IMG/VR virus record: IMGVR_UViG_3300036402_000045 | Location: 25,783-89,782 of that record | DNA: 64,000 nt | Reading direction: 5' to 3' (one strand) | DNA from: a virus | Part shown: positions 35,413-46,113 of the stretch, in pieces | Layout: each line of letters begins with the position of its first letter | Position numbering within the stretch: position 1 is the first letter of the stretch | Translations under genes and position numbers: made by a program | The notes under the pieces: model-generated | The model's database searches: none | Told to the model about the DNA's origin: nothing | What the model saw: the letters and a program-made list of their open reading frames with translations, nothing else

Positions 35413-36369
35413 CTACTCCGTAACACTGACCTGCACATGGGCAGGCCATCCCGGTGCCCATCCTTCGACCGAGAGGATCGTCCCGTTGCTGCCGGGAAGG
35501 TCATCGGCAGCGAAGCCGAGCTTGGCGTTCTGGTACTTCTGGTCAGCCTCCGGGCGCAGGCCAGGTTCGAGAGCACCCTTGATCTGGGTCTTCGACCACG
35601 GAAGACGGACCCAACCGAACCCGGCATAGGGACCGGAGCTTCCGGTTCCAACGATCACGTCGTAGGTGTTCAACTGCATGTCAATTTCCTCCGATGAGAG
35701 AAGCGTGAGCCACGCCGGGGGCGCGGGAGTTGGCGGCGTTGGTTCGGAAATCACCATGCCACCACGAACGAACTGCATTACTGCACCGCCAGGGCAAGCG
35801 GTCTGCTTCCAATCGGCATGAACGTGCCGCTCGGTTCCGGAGCCGCGGGCCTCGTACCACTCGAAGACATTCCGAAGTCCACGTCGGGCATCCACAGTGA
35901 ACTCATCGCCCTCGCCCATCAAGACGCAATGGGCGTAGCTGCGATCGTTCCCGGTATTGGTGCCGTTGGCAGCCGTTCGCCATCCGTACCAGCGTCCTTC
36001 GAAGATGAACCCGTGACGGCAAGTGACATCGGAATATGCGATGTCATTCCAGCCCTGGTGCTCCATGTGGTACTTCTGAATTCCACGGAGCTTGGTGGCG
36101 CAGGACGTGTGCGGATAGTCCCCGAGGCCCGGACCTTCCCAGTGGGCCGTGTTGCCGCGTGCGGTCGTTAGACCGGTCCTGCCCGTTGCGGCCTTGGCTC
36201 CCCAAGAAACCCGAGGGATGAACTTCGCAGGCGGCGGCGTTCCCTTGACGCTGAGGATGGCGTTCTGGAAAGGCGGGGACTCGATCTGGCCGACGTACTC
36301 CAGAACCTCGTAAAGCTCCAGGAGATCCGCAGGAACGGAAAGATGTTCTGCTTCGAGAAGCTCAGTCAA
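35413..36369 (-). CDS. endolysin, N-acetylmuramoyl-L-alanine amidase (Amidase_2/PGRP-like)
   Basis: RVSWGA, IQKYHM...GWNDIAY, FEGR, H.D...TACPG. Confidence 0.85.
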   Translation of the reverse strand: MTELLEAEHLSVPADLLELYEVLEYVGQIESPPFQNAILSVKGTPPPAKFIPRVSWGAKAATGRTGLTTARGNTAHWEGPGLGDYPHTSCATKLRGIQKYHMEHQGWNDIAYSDVTCRHGFIFEGRWYGWRTAANGTNTGNDRSYAHCVLMGEGDEFTVDARRGLRNVFEWYEARGSGTERHVHADWKQTACPGGAVMQFVRGGMVISEPTPPTPAPPAWLTLLSSEEIDMQLNTYDVIVGTGSSGPYAGFGWVRLPWSKTQIKGALEPGLRPEADQKYQNAKLGFAADDLPGSNGTILSVEGWAPGWPAHVQVSVTE

Positions 36370-37144
36370 GGGGACTCCTGAATGCTTGGTAGAGCGTCGC
36401 GCCGAACTGCGGCGTCTGCGGATAGGACGGAGAAGGCAGCGCCAAACGGATGCGGCGATACCACTCGCGGAACGTCTTCACGTCAGGACCGAGAGCATCG
36501 ATGGCCGCTCGGGTGAAGGCTCCGTTGGGACGATTTCCGAAGGAGGCGTCGTAGCTGTATTCCGGATCGTCGCAACCCGAGATCAGAACCGGACCGCTTC
36601 GACTCGTCGCCCGGATGAACGTGCGCTCTGCGGCGATGGCAGCCTCGACGCTCACGGGAACCGAAGGGATCAAGCCGGGAGAGATGAACTTCGGCTTTCC
36701 GGGAGGGGGAGCAGACGCCATGATCCCTCGGGCCACGGTTCCGGAGTGGCAGGAATCCGAAAGAACCGTGATCTGCGTTCCGTGGCGAGCACGGCCAAAG
36801 ATCGTGTGCATCTCGTCATCGATGAGAAGGCCACCGCTGGCGTAGTCGTGACAGCACAGCGCTTCGTCACGACCATCCGGCTCGTCACCGTCGCCGTCCG
36901 GAACCCACGTCCCGTGACCCGAGTAGCAGAACACGAACCGATCCCGGTACTTCATCGAATCCACGATGCCGAGAAGTTCAGCCACGATCCGGGCCTTGGT
37001 AGCCGAGGAATCCAGAAGCGTCGTGACGGTGTAGCCGCGCGACTGAAGAACCTGTGACCAGTCCATCGCATCGTTGATGCAACCGGAAAGATCTCCCGCT
37101 CCGGGGTAGTCGTTGATCCCTACGCACAAGGCAATACGTCGCAT
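36362..37144 (-). CDS. caspase-like peptidase C14 (metacaspase)
   Basis: ALCVGINDY, LSGCINDA, YSGHG (catalytic His), DSCHSG (catalytic Cys), GAFT. Confidence 0.93.
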   Translation of the reverse strand: MRRIALCVGINDYPGAGDLSGCINDAMDWSQVLQSRGYTVTTLLDSSATKARIVAELLGIVDSMKYRDRFVFCYSGHGTWVPDGDGDEPDGRDEALCCHDYASGGLLIDDEMHTIFGRARHGTQITVLSDSCHSGTVARGIMASAPPPGKPKFISPGLIPSVPVSVEAAIAAERTFIRATSRSGPVLISGCDDPEYSYDASFGNRPNGAFTRAAIDALGPDVKTFREWYRRIRLALPSPSYPQTPQFGATLYQAFRSPLD

Positions 37145-37453
37145 CTACCCATTCTCCTTCGTGTCGGGCGCGGGTTGCGGAACTGCCCGCTCAGCCCGGA
37201 GACGCATCGTGGCCTGTTCCAGCGTTTCCTTCTCGACCAAGATCTCCGCTTCCTTCAGGAGATCGGGCTGGTCCTTCAGAATGTCAACCTGATCCTGACC
37301 GACCTTGTAGGAGCGCGACTCGCCATTGGCAAGCTGCAACACGACAACGACATCACGAACTACTTCGGTTCGCTGAAGGTCTGGATGCCAGATGGTGATG
37401 CCCGCAGAAAGCGTGCGGGGGTCTTTCTGCACGACGGGCGGCTTCTTAGGCAT
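37145..37453 (-). CDS. hypothetical protein
   Basis: 102-aa ORF within the operon. Confidence 0.65.
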   Translation of the reverse strand: MPKKPPVVQKDPRTLSAGITIWHPDLQRTEVVRDVVVVLQLANGESRSYKVGQDQVDILKDQPDLLKEAEILVEKETLEQATMRLRAERAVPQPAPDTKENG

Positions 37454-37727
37454 GACTGATCTTCTTTCCGGTGGTCTTGCGGGGCTTGGGGGTCGTTACC
37501 CGACCGTTGTGCTTCGGCCTGTCCTTCATCGCTGCTTCCAGAGCTTCGGTCAAGCTCACCTTCTCCTGCGAGATCTGCTCGATCACCGCATCGAGCACGG
37601 TGTTCTCTCGAAGAAGCTGTGCGTTCTTTCGCTCCAGCGCCCGGACATAGGCGTTGATGTCCAGATTGATTCCGCCCTCTGGAGCTTCGGGTACTTCGGG
37701 AACCTGCTTTTCCGGTTGCGGCGTCAT
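37446..37727 (-). CDS. coiled-coil hypothetical protein
   Basis: Follows the tail fibre gene; heptad pattern. Confidence 0.65.
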   Translation of the reverse strand: MTPQPEKQVPEVPEAPEGGINLDINAYVRALERKNAQLLRENTVLDAVIEQISQEKVSLTEALEAAMKDRPKHNGRVTTPKPRKTTGKKISHA

Positions 37728-37755
37728 GCGCTCTTCTCCTTGTCTTGGTCGGCCA

Positions 37756-40080
37756 TCAGGCTGCCTTCTTCTTCAGAGCATCAACTTCTTCGGAAAGCTC
37801 TCGAACCGCCTGCCACAAGATAGCGAGTACGCCGAGAGGCTGGACACCCTTGGTTTCGAAGACTTCCTTGTCGTTGGTGTTGCTCTTCAGCATCGTCCGG
37901 TGGACAACTTCAGGAGGCAGGGTCGTTGCGTCGAATCCGAAATTGTCTCGATCGGAATCCGAGTTTTCACCCGGACGCCACTTGAACTTGATGGGGGTGA
38001 TGGCCTTCACCTTGTCAAGCTGTCGTCCCGCAGAAGCCTTCAGTGGCTCGATGTTTCGCTTCAGCCGCGGATCGGATTGATCCACATGCACACCGGCATG
38101 AGAGTTGCGCCAAGCGGTTGACGCTTGGTTGACGTGGCGAGCGGCACCGACACCGAAGCCGTCGTGGTAGCGCCCAGCCTCGATGGAAACGTCCCATGCA
38201 GCAGACGTGATGGCGGTGTAGCTGTAGGACTCATGGCGAACGCCGTCATCGCCTGAGTGCCAGTAGGAGCGGTGAACCGTATCGCCCGCATCTTTCCAAT
38301 ACAGACTGTCTCGGGTCATCGACATCGCTTGCCACGAATAGTTGTAGCCGTTGCTGCTTACCTCGAAGCCCGCGACGTTTGCGTTGCTGATGACGACACT
38401 CCATGTGTTGCCGTCAAGCCTCAACGATCCGCTCGTCGTGTAGAGGCCGGTGTTGCCGTAGATCTCTCCCATTCGGACTGTTCCGCCATAGGCGTAGATG
38501 TAGTCCTGAACGTAGAACCCGCTCGCGTAGAACTTCCCGCGGAACGAACCGCCTGTGTAGAACTGGTGAGAAGTGTTGCCTTCGTACAAGGGACCGTCAG
38601 CACCGGAACTGTAATAAATCCGATGACTCGCGTCGGTCGCTGCACGGAAGCGAATGGCGTAGTCGTTGAGTGCAAGCTGACCAACAATGGAAACCGCCGC
38701 AGACTGAAGATAGATCTGCGTATTGGCAAACATCTGAATGTCGCCCTGAGTTCCGGTTCCACCGATGAAGTCGATGTAAGGCTGCGGGGCGTTGACGTTG
38801 CTGATGCGCGGACCTTCGATCCGAACAGCACCGCGACCAGAAGCGTTGACAGCGATGATTCGACCAGGGACAGACTCGCCAGCAATCCCGGTGTAAAGCT
38901 GAATGCCTCCGAAGCCAGGTCCGATGTCGGTGCGAACACCTGAGGTAGCAGTTTGGAATGTTCCACCCGTGAAGATGCCACCGGTCACGGTTCCGCTGAA
39001 CGTTCCTCCCGTGGCGTTGACAGTACCGGTGAAGGTTCCCACTCCTGTCGTTGCATCAAGGATCACGGTTGGCGTACCGGCCTGATAAAGCCGGATGCCT
39101 TGATCGTTGATGAAGATTCCGGAAGTACCGGCACCGCCGGTGGGGTTGCCGATCTTGAACTGCCCGCCTGCTCCGATGTTGATCGTCTTGGCGAGAATCG
39201 TTGAAGCATCGAGCAAGCGGTTGACGTTCAGAGTGTTCACGTCGATGCGATCACCACTCATCACACCGAACTGGATCTTGGCCGCATTCAGATCTGCGAT
39301 CACCATCGAGTCGTTCACGCCACCGGCAACAGCGCTGGCTGAAGCCGTCCAAGGCCCTTGGTTGCCGGAAGAGTCGATTGCAGCAACGCGCCCGTACCAA
39401 GTTCCTTCGGTGATGATGTCGTTGAAGGCAACGATGGTGGCGCTCGATCGCATGGTCCGCTTGTTGGCGGTGTTGAACGCCAATGACGTATCGACTTCGA
39501 TCTCGTACAAGCCTTCGCCATAAGCCACGTCACGGGCCTGTGCTTGCGTCAGACCGGTGAACTTGACGATGACGGACGTTGCGCCCCGGAAAGCCGTCAC
39601 GCCGCTCACAGCGGGCGGTGCGGTCAGATCATGGCCCGTGGTGATGTCGTTCCAGCCACTCGTTGTGCCCTGGTTGCCGATGCGGTTGATCGGAGTGATT
39701 CGGATTCCGTACGTCGTGTCAGGCTCCACCGGCTCGAAGCGGAAGTTCGATCCCGCCGTCCGAGCGATCTGGCCCAACTGATAGACGCCTGTGACCTTCT
39801 TGGCGATCTCGACTTCGTAGTCGATGACATCGGAAGTCCCAACCAACGGAGCGTCCCAGTCCACGTTGATGTAGACGACATCGAACGAGGCTCCGCTGGT
39901 CAGGACAATGTTCTGAACCGCGGACGGATTCGTTGCCGTGATCGCAACTCCACCGATGATGACCGACGTGAAAGCAGGAGATCCGCCCGGAGGAACGACC
40001 GCGTTGGGATTGCTGATCGTCTGCTCCAGCGTGTGAAGCCTCTTGTCAATGCTGTCCAGGATCTTCGCTGCGTCCATCAC
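37756..40080 (-). CDS. tail tip/fibre protein with FN3-like domains and C-terminal S74 intramolecular chaperone
   Basis: FN3-like VEPDTTYGIRITPIN; SDPRLKRNI...WQAVREL. Confidence 0.8.
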   Translation of the reverse strand: MMDAAKILDSIDKRLHTLEQTISNPNAVVPPGGSPAFTSVIIGGVAITATNPSAVQNIVLTSGASFDVVYINVDWDAPLVGTSDVIDYEVEIAKKVTGVYQLGQIARTAGSNFRFEPVEPDTTYGIRITPINRIGNQGTTSGWNDITTGHDLTAPPAVSGVTAFRGATSVIVKFTGLTQAQARDVAYGEGLYEIEVDTSLAFNTANKRTMRSSATIVAFNDIITEGTWYGRVAAIDSSGNQGPWTASASAVAGGVNDSMVIADLNAAKIQFGVMSGDRIDVNTLNVNRLLDASTILAKTINIGAGGQFKIGNPTGGAGTSGIFINDQGIRLYQAGTPTVILDATTGVGTFTGTVNATGGTFSGTVTGGIFTGGTFQTATSGVRTDIGPGFGGIQLYTGIAGESVPGRIIAVNASGRGAVRIEGPRISNVNAPQPYIDFIGGTGTQGDIQMFANTQIYLQSAAVSIVGQLALNDYAIRFRAATDASHRIYYSSGADGPLYEGNTSHQFYTGGSFRGKFYASGFYVQDYIYAYGGTVRMGEIYGNTGLYTTSGSLRLDGNTWSVVISNANVAGFEVSSNGYNYSWQAMSMTRDSLYWKDAGDTVHRSYWHSGDDGVRHESYSYTAITSAAWDVSIEAGRYHDGFGVGAARHVNQASTAWRNSHAGVHVDQSDPRLKRNIEPLKASAGRQLDKVKAITPIKFKWRPGENSDSDRDNFGFDATTLPPEVVHRTMLKSNTNDKEVFETKGVQPLGVLAILWQAVRELSEEVDALKKKAA

Positions 40081-41165
40081 GCACCTTCGTTGAAAGTCAG
40101 TTCGATCTCGTCAGTCGCAGGTCGCCAGGTCTTCGTCTTGATTCGTTCCGAAATATCGGCCTGGATGATCCCGGCATCAATGAGAATCGGAAGGGTGTCG
40201 CCTTCGGAACAATCTTTGAGGTAGTCCCGCACCACCGTACCGTCAGCGCTACGAATGAAGCGCGGAACGGTACAGGTAGGGATGAAGATCGGCTTCTTTC
40301 GCAGATTGACTTCCCGAGTGGCCTTGTCATTGAGCCACGTCACGTCGTTCTGAGATCCTTCGGAAACCACGGATTGCATCACGCCGTACTCAACCGAAGC
40401 GGGAACGTTCTCGACGTTCTGCTCGAACTTCACGCCGCCATTGGACCCGCCCGTGACATAAGCGTGAGTCGTGATGCCCAGACCGTCAGCCTCAACGCTG
40501 AACTTCAACATGTCTCGGCGGGTTCCGTCTGCCTTCCAGACAAGCTTCATATTCTTCTTGAGCGAACCACGCTGCGGATAGAACGGGGTCCAGAGACGTT
40601 GCCCCGTCGCATCACTGATGATGGCCCAGTCGAACCCGTCCTCAAGCTCCGTGAACTCAGTGAGCAGATCGAAGATGAAGGCGTGATCGGCCCGGTCATA
40701 CTGACGACTCCTGATGTGAGTCGTCCCGGCGAACACAGCGGAGTTGATGTTCAGATTCCGGTTCGCCTGTGTCGCCACCGACTGTGCGTACTGCACAAGG
40801 TTCCAGCCAATCGTGCGCTGCTCGACCGATGTGTAGATCAACGTCGCATCATCAATGATGCGCTTTCGGAAATAGCTTCCGAGTCCTTCGCAGTAGATCG
40901 TGATCTTCGTCATGTCACCGCTGTATCGCCACGGGACACCCCAAGCGATGAGATCGTCATCGTCCCAGACCTGGACTTCGTTCTTCACCAGAGCAAACGT
41001 CTTGGAGGCGTTGCGGATCGGATCGATCTCGATGCTGAACTGCTCAGGCTCGTTGAGCTTCCACACAACTTCGGAAACGTTGGCTCCGATGAACTCAGAA
41101 AGCTGACCACCGGATCGATTGACGACCTGAACCCGCGGCTCGCTCACGAATACGTGTCCCGCCAT
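40077..41165 (-). CDS. minor tail protein (Tal/hub-like)
   Basis: Position after Dit; typical size and composition. Confidence 0.7.
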   Translation of the reverse strand: MAGHVFVSEPRVQVVNRSGGQLSEFIGANVSEVVWKLNEPEQFSIEIDPIRNASKTFALVKNEVQVWDDDDLIAWGVPWRYSGDMTKITIYCEGLGSYFRKRIIDDATLIYTSVEQRTIGWNLVQYAQSVATQANRNLNINSAVFAGTTHIRSRQYDRADHAFIFDLLTEFTELEDGFDWAIISDATGQRLWTPFYPQRGSLKKNMKLVWKADGTRRDMLKFSVEADGLGITTHAYVTGGSNGGVKFEQNVENVPASVEYGVMQSVVSEGSQNDVTWLNDKATREVNLRKKPIFIPTCTVPRFIRSADGTVVRDYLKDCSEGDTLPILIDAGIIQADISERIKTKTWRPATDEIELTFNEGA

Positions 41166-41977
41166 TCGACCGTGATTGTGGAAGAAGCTCCTGTGTTCCC
41201 AACGTCACGGTTGACGGTCAGCGTGTTGTTGCCCGGAAGGATGGCGAACCACTGGGAATCGTTCGCAAGAAGATCATGGTCAACCACGCCGCCCTTTGAA
41301 ACGGTCTTGGTCGCGAAGTCAACGACGATCGACTGACCAGCCGTGAGGACGTTCGTGATCTTCAGTTGCCGTGCATCGTCCTCGGTGCTCTGGATGCGGG
41401 GGTTCGTTGCCGGTCCGTTGATCGTGATCTTCGGAAGGTATCCGTCCCGGAAGTCACCGGCGTTGACGACGACACCGCTGTTGGTGGTAGCTCCGCTCGC
41501 CACGACGATGTTCTGGGTCTTGAGAACCAGCCCGTAGATGATCGGATCAGGAGCGGTGAACTGCACCACGACATCGGGAGATCCCATTGCCGTCTTGTAG
41601 TCCGAGGGAATGTCTCGCTTGTCGCACCGAACCCACAAGAACTTCTTGATCCCGTTCCTTCGGAAAGCAAGCTGCTCCAGGTTCGCGACGTAACGCCTGC
41701 GCGGAAGCTGAAACGTCGATTGCAGTAGAGCGATCATCGCTTCGGTCGTTGCCGGTGAGAAGTCGGGCTTGATCTTGCATGTGACGATCTTCTTCCGAAG
41801 CACGGCAAGACCAGGAACCGATCCGTGGTCACCTTCGATGTCGAGATCACCACCACTCACGTCGGCCATCGAGAGCAGGCCGTCAGCCGACTCGTTGACG
41901 TACGCCGTTCCAGCACCCCACAAGAAGCCCCGGAACTCGTACTGATAATCGGCTACGAGAAGGTCGCCAACGGCCAT
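41144..41977 (-). CDS. distal tail protein (Dit)
   Basis: Directly after the tape measure gene; F.APDP..YG, PKITING, PGNNTL, WRD. Confidence 0.8.
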   Translation of the reverse strand: MAVGDLLVADYQYEFRGFLWGAGTAYVNESADGLLSMADVSGGDLDIEGDHGSVPGLAVLRKKIVTCKIKPDFSPATTEAMIALLQSTFQLPRRRYVANLEQLAFRRNGIKKFLWVRCDKRDIPSDYKTAMGSPDVVVQFTAPDPIIYGLVLKTQNIVVASGATTNSGVVVNAGDFRDGYLPKITINGPATNPRIQSTEDDARQLKITNVLTAGQSIVVDFATKTVSKGGVVDHDLLANDSQWFAILPGNNTLTVNRDVGNTGASSTITVEWRDTYS

Positions 41978-41978
41978 C

Positions 41979-44900
41979 TCAACGTCCTCTCGGTCGAATC
42001 ATCTTGGCCCACATGAACTCGTTGACGATCTCCGGAGCGTCTGCGTCCGTATGAGCTTCCAGGTTGAACGTGTCGTTGTAGTAGTTGTTCGTCTCCCCTT
42101 GCGTTGCCCCGGCGGAAGGAGCGGCGTACGCCCCCGGAGGCACGTACGAAGGAGACGACATCAGAGACTCAAGCATCGACTTTGGAACAACCGTGTCCAT
42201 CGAGGAATTGACGAGATCCGTCATGTTCCGGAGTGCAGCGTCAACAGCGGGAACGTTGCCATCGATCCCGACAGCGAGGCCCTGCATGAGTTGTCCACCG
42301 ATTTCGGAAAACACCTTCGAAGGCGACGCGATCTTCCATCCCTTGCCGAGATCACCAGGGAGCTTGTCGATGATCCAATTCCAGATCGGCTTGAGGCTGT
42401 TGTCGAATGCCCACTTGATGCCATCGCGCAGCCCGTCGATCAAGGCACGGCCCTTGTCGTAGAGCCACCCACCGGCACCGGAGAAGTTGTCCATCAAGGT
42501 GCTCCAGATTGTGCCGCCGATGGTTCCGATGGTTCCCAACACCCACCGAACGCCATCCATAAAGCCTTCGATGACCAAGGCCCCAGCCGAGGACAGCCAT
42601 CCTCGGACGGTGTTGAACCCCGTGGTGATCCAGGAAGCAATGTTCCAAGCGATGCCTCGGATGGTGTCACCGAGCGAGAAGACGCCATCAATGAAACCCT
42701 GGATGATGTCAATTCCGATGTCCATCATCAGACGCGACGGTGAGTGCATCCGGAAGAGATTTCTGATGGGGTTGATGAAGAAGTTGGTGAACCACTCCTT
42801 CACCTTTCCTACAAGGCCGGAGAAGAAGTCTCCGATCACAAGAAGACCGTCGTAGAAACTCGGACCGATGGTGTTCTTGAAGTAGTCGTAGATCTGGGGG
42901 TAGTTCGAGGACAACGCTCCGATCAGACCACCGATGATCGCTCCAGCAACCGTCCCAACGCCCGGAACAGCCGAACCGATCATGGCTCCGGTCATGGCTC
43001 CCGACATCGCGCCGCCGATAGTGGTGCCCCAGTCAAACCCGGCCTTCTTCGCAGGCCCCTTGTTGTTGTTGACGGTGTTGATAAGACCATCCAGATACTT
43101 CTGAAGATCTGCGTTGGTCGGAAGACCCCACGAAGCAGGATCGACACCAGCGCCACCAACGCTGTCATCGGCGGGAACAGGATCGGGAACATTCGGAGCC
43201 TTGGCAAGCGTGTCTGCCATGCCCTTGAACTTGTCCTTCATGTCTCCCGCAGGCATGGAGTCGGACAACTTCTGAAGTTCTTCGCTAAGAGCGTGCGCTT
43301 CGTCACCCGAGTCGAAGATCTCTCCCCGAGCAAGAGCCTGTTGCTTCCGCATCTCGACGTTGGCCTTGGCTACGCCGAACAGCGCATCTTCGTAGCTGTT
43401 GTATGCGTCCGTGATCTCCCGAGCCGCGCGACCTGTGCGGACATCGTTGAGATCAAGTTCCGCCTGACGAACACTCTGAATAGCCTTGGCTACGTCAAGC
43501 TGTGCGTCCCTGTACGCGTTCTGTGCGTCAACGAGATACTTACCGTCCCCGAATTCCTTCCGAAGATCTGCGAGATCACGTTCCTTCTCGGTGATGTCCC
43601 GAGCAGCACCAGCGGCATCGCGGTGAGCCGCTGCGATCTCTCGCTCGATTCGTGCGATCTCTCGATTGCGTGCCGTTTCATCACGGAGATCGGAAAGCTT
43701 CTTCTCGCCATCGCTTACATCGTCTTGTGCGTTGGCAACATCGTTGCGAGCTTCCGCCAAGGTGAGTTCTGCGTCAGCGATGTCCCGAGCCGAAGCACCT
43801 TCTTGACGAAGGTACTGAAGCTGCCACTCGGCGTCTTGAGCGAACTGGTCAGCACGACCGAGCTTCGTTCGAGCGTTGGCAAGATCCTGTTCGGCGTCAG
43901 CGATCTTCTCCAGGTAGTCAGCGCCCCGAAGATCAACAAGCTGCTGTTCGAGATCGATGATCTTTTCGGATATCCCGATTTGCTTGTCCCGAGCATCGGC
44001 CAGATTGCTCTCCGCGTCAGCGATCTTGGCTTCCGCAATCTCCCGAGCATGGTCAAGGTTGTATTCGGCCTTGGCGAGATCACGGGCCGCTTGCTCCTGC
44101 TGGTTGCGGGCCTGAGCAAGCTCAAGTTCTGCCCGCTCGATCTCGCGGGTCGTGTCGTAGTTCTCGGCAAGAACCCGTTGGTAGTTCCGCTGAGCATCCT
44201 CAACGCCCTTGAGAGCCGCTTCCTGTCCTCTCTGAGCGTCTACAAGCCCAAGATGGGCCTGTGCTAGTGCCTCCAGCCGATCACGAAGCTCACGGGCAGC
44301 CTTAGCCGCCTTCTTGAGATTGCCTTCCTCTTGGATGAGCTTCGGATCAACAGCGCCGGTGGCGTCATCGAGATGCAGCGTCTCGTCTGAAAGAGCGGCA
44401 GCGCTCTTCGCAGTGTCCTGCTGCTCCTTGCCGAGCTTGTTCGTAACGACTCCGAGGGCGATGGTTCCTGCCGTAAGCAGGCCCATTGCGAGAAGCCCGC
44501 CCCTGGCTCCCTTGCTCATGCCACCAGCGGCCTGCCCAGCGGCCCCAGCGACACCGACCTTGCCCTGGTTCGCCATCGCCTGAGCACCCTGCGCTGCAAG
44601 AGCGAGGGCTTCCAATCCGGATTGTGCGCGGTAACCCGAAATCTGAACGATGCCAGCGGCACGCTCGAAGTTCGCCGCCATGAGCGTTGCTTCGGCTCCG
44701 GTAGCAGCAAGGATCTGCGGAAAGCCCGCGAAGGAACTTCGAGCATTCTGAATCGACACCATGATCTGATTGAAAGCATCACGGGCGATGAGAAGTCTCG
44801 GAGCGAGAAGCAGGAACCCGGCAACCACAGCCGAGAGCAGGCCGATCAAACCGCCGAAGAGCAACAAGACGGCCTTGAGGGGTCCGGGAAGAGCGCCGAA

Positions 44901-46100
44901 CCCGAGGATCATCCGGGACAGGAAGTTGATGACCATTGCGAGCTTCGGAAGGAACATCTGACCGAAGACCGCAGCGTTCTGGTCAACGATATTCCGAAGC
45001 AGAACCAACTGGCCCGAAAGCGTGTTGGCCTTCTCCGCACTCAACTCCTGGAGAGCGTTCGAGTTCGTGAGCCACTTTCCAGTAGCACCGAAGATCGCAT
45101 TGAGGTTCCGCTGCTCGTCTCCAACCGATCGAGTACCACCGGCAAGAGCGATCAGAGCTTGGGCCTGACGGACTTCCTTGATCCCGAGCGCGTCGAGAAC
45201 CTTGATCTGCTGTTCGTATCCGCCACGGAGATGACCGAGGCCGGTCATCAGATCCGCAAACGCTTCACCGGGAGCGGAACGGAACTTGTCCACGAACTGC
45301 GCCGCTGTCATGTTGGCGGTGTCTGCGAAGAGGTTCAGTTCCTTGTTGGAACCCGAGACTCCCTTCGACACAGCACGCGCCATGTCAGCGAAGGTCTTGT
45401 TGATTGCAGTACCGCCAGCCTCAGCACGGGGTCCGAGGGACAAGACCGCAGCGGACAGACCAAGAACCTGATCCCACGCAACGCCCGCAGCCTGAGCCGC
45501 AGGAGCGATGCGCTTCGCCATATTCAGAATTTCGGTTTCCGTGGCGGCGGTGTTGCGTCCGACTTCAAGCAGGACGTTGGCGAACTGTTCCCACTGACTA
45601 ACGGGAACCTGCATGACGTTGACAACGCGTGCGAACTCATCGACCGATGCAGAAGTCAGGTCGGTGGTGGCGATGAGGTTGCCCATAATGCGGGAGAACT
45701 CACCGAGGAACTTGTTCGGAACACCAAGAGCCGCACCCTGCGATGCAAGGTCGGCGATCTGCGATGCAGCGATCGGCGTCTGTCGAGCTACGGCACGAAG
45801 GTCAGCTTCGATCCCCTTCAGTTCCTCACCAGTCGCACCTGAAGTGCGCTGGACTTGAAACATCGAGTCCTGCCAGTCCTTTGCCGCCTTGATCGCATAG
45901 CCGACACCAGCGGCCATCGCGGCGGGCAGAGCGGCGAACTGGAGGCCGAGGTTCTTGACGCCCCACCAGTTCGTTGCAACGACCTTCGAAAGCTGGTCGA
46001 GTCCGCTCTGCGCCTGCCGCGCAGCGTTGACGGCTCCCTGAGCGTTACCGGTGATCGTGTATGTCGCGGTGCCGAGGCTTCCACCACCCATTCCGCTCAT
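41979..46100 (-). CDS. tape measure protein (TP901-like core)
   Basis: 1373 aa, Ala/Gly-rich, coiled coils, HSPSR and ASPSK motifs. Confidence 0.92.
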   Translation of the reverse strand: MSGMGGGSLGTATYTITGNAQGAVNAARQAQSGLDQLSKVVATNWWGVKNLGLQFAALPAAMAAGVGYAIKAAKDWQDSMFQVQRTSGATGEELKGIEADLRAVARQTPIAASQIADLASQGAALGVPNKFLGEFSRIMGNLIATTDLTSASVDEFARVVNVMQVPVSQWEQFANVLLEVGRNTAATETEILNMAKRIAPAAQAAGVAWDQVLGLSAAVLSLGPRAEAGGTAINKTFADMARAVSKGVSGSNKELNLFADTANMTAAQFVDKFRSAPGEAFADLMTGLGHLRGGYEQQIKVLDALGIKEVRQAQALIALAGGTRSVGDEQRNLNAIFGATGKWLTNSNALQELSAEKANTLSGQLVLLRNIVDQNAAVFGQMFLPKLAMVINFLSRMILGFGALPGPLKAVLLLFGGLIGLLSAVVAGFLLLAPRLLIARDAFNQIMVSIQNARSSFAGFPQILAATGAEATLMAANFERAAGIVQISGYRAQSGLEALALAAQGAQAMANQGKVGVAGAAGQAAGGMSKGARGGLLAMGLLTAGTIALGVVTNKLGKEQQDTAKSAAALSDETLHLDDATGAVDPKLIQEEGNLKKAAKAARELRDRLEALAQAHLGLVDAQRGQEAALKGVEDAQRNYQRVLAENYDTTREIERAELELAQARNQQEQAARDLAKAEYNLDHAREIAEAKIADAESNLADARDKQIGISEKIIDLEQQLVDLRGADYLEKIADAEQDLANARTKLGRADQFAQDAEWQLQYLRQEGASARDIADAELTLAEARNDVANAQDDVSDGEKKLSDLRDETARNREIARIEREIAAAHRDAAGAARDITEKERDLADLRKEFGDGKYLVDAQNAYRDAQLDVAKAIQSVRQAELDLNDVRTGRAAREITDAYNSYEDALFGVAKANVEMRKQQALARGEIFDSGDEAHALSEELQKLSDSMPAGDMKDKFKGMADTLAKAPNVPDPVPADDSVGGAGVDPASWGLPTNADLQKYLDGLINTVNNNKGPAKKAGFDWGTTIGGAMSGAMTGAMIGSAVPGVGTVAGAIIGGLIGALSSNYPQIYDYFKNTIGPSFYDGLLVIGDFFSGLVGKVKEWFTNFFINPIRNLFRMHSPSRLMMDIGIDIIQGFIDGVFSLGDTIRGIAWNIASWITTGFNTVRGWLSSAGALVIEGFMDGVRWVLGTIGTIGGTIWSTLMDNFSGAGGWLYDKGRALIDGLRDGIKWAFDNSLKPIWNWIIDKLPGDLGKGWKIASPSKVFSEIGGQLMQGLAVGIDGNVPAVDAALRNMTDLVNSSMDTVVPKSMLESLMSSPSYVPPGAYAAPSAGATQGETNNYYNDTFNLEAHTDADAPEIVNEFMWAKMIRPRGR

Positions 46101-46113
46101 CTACGGGACTCCC

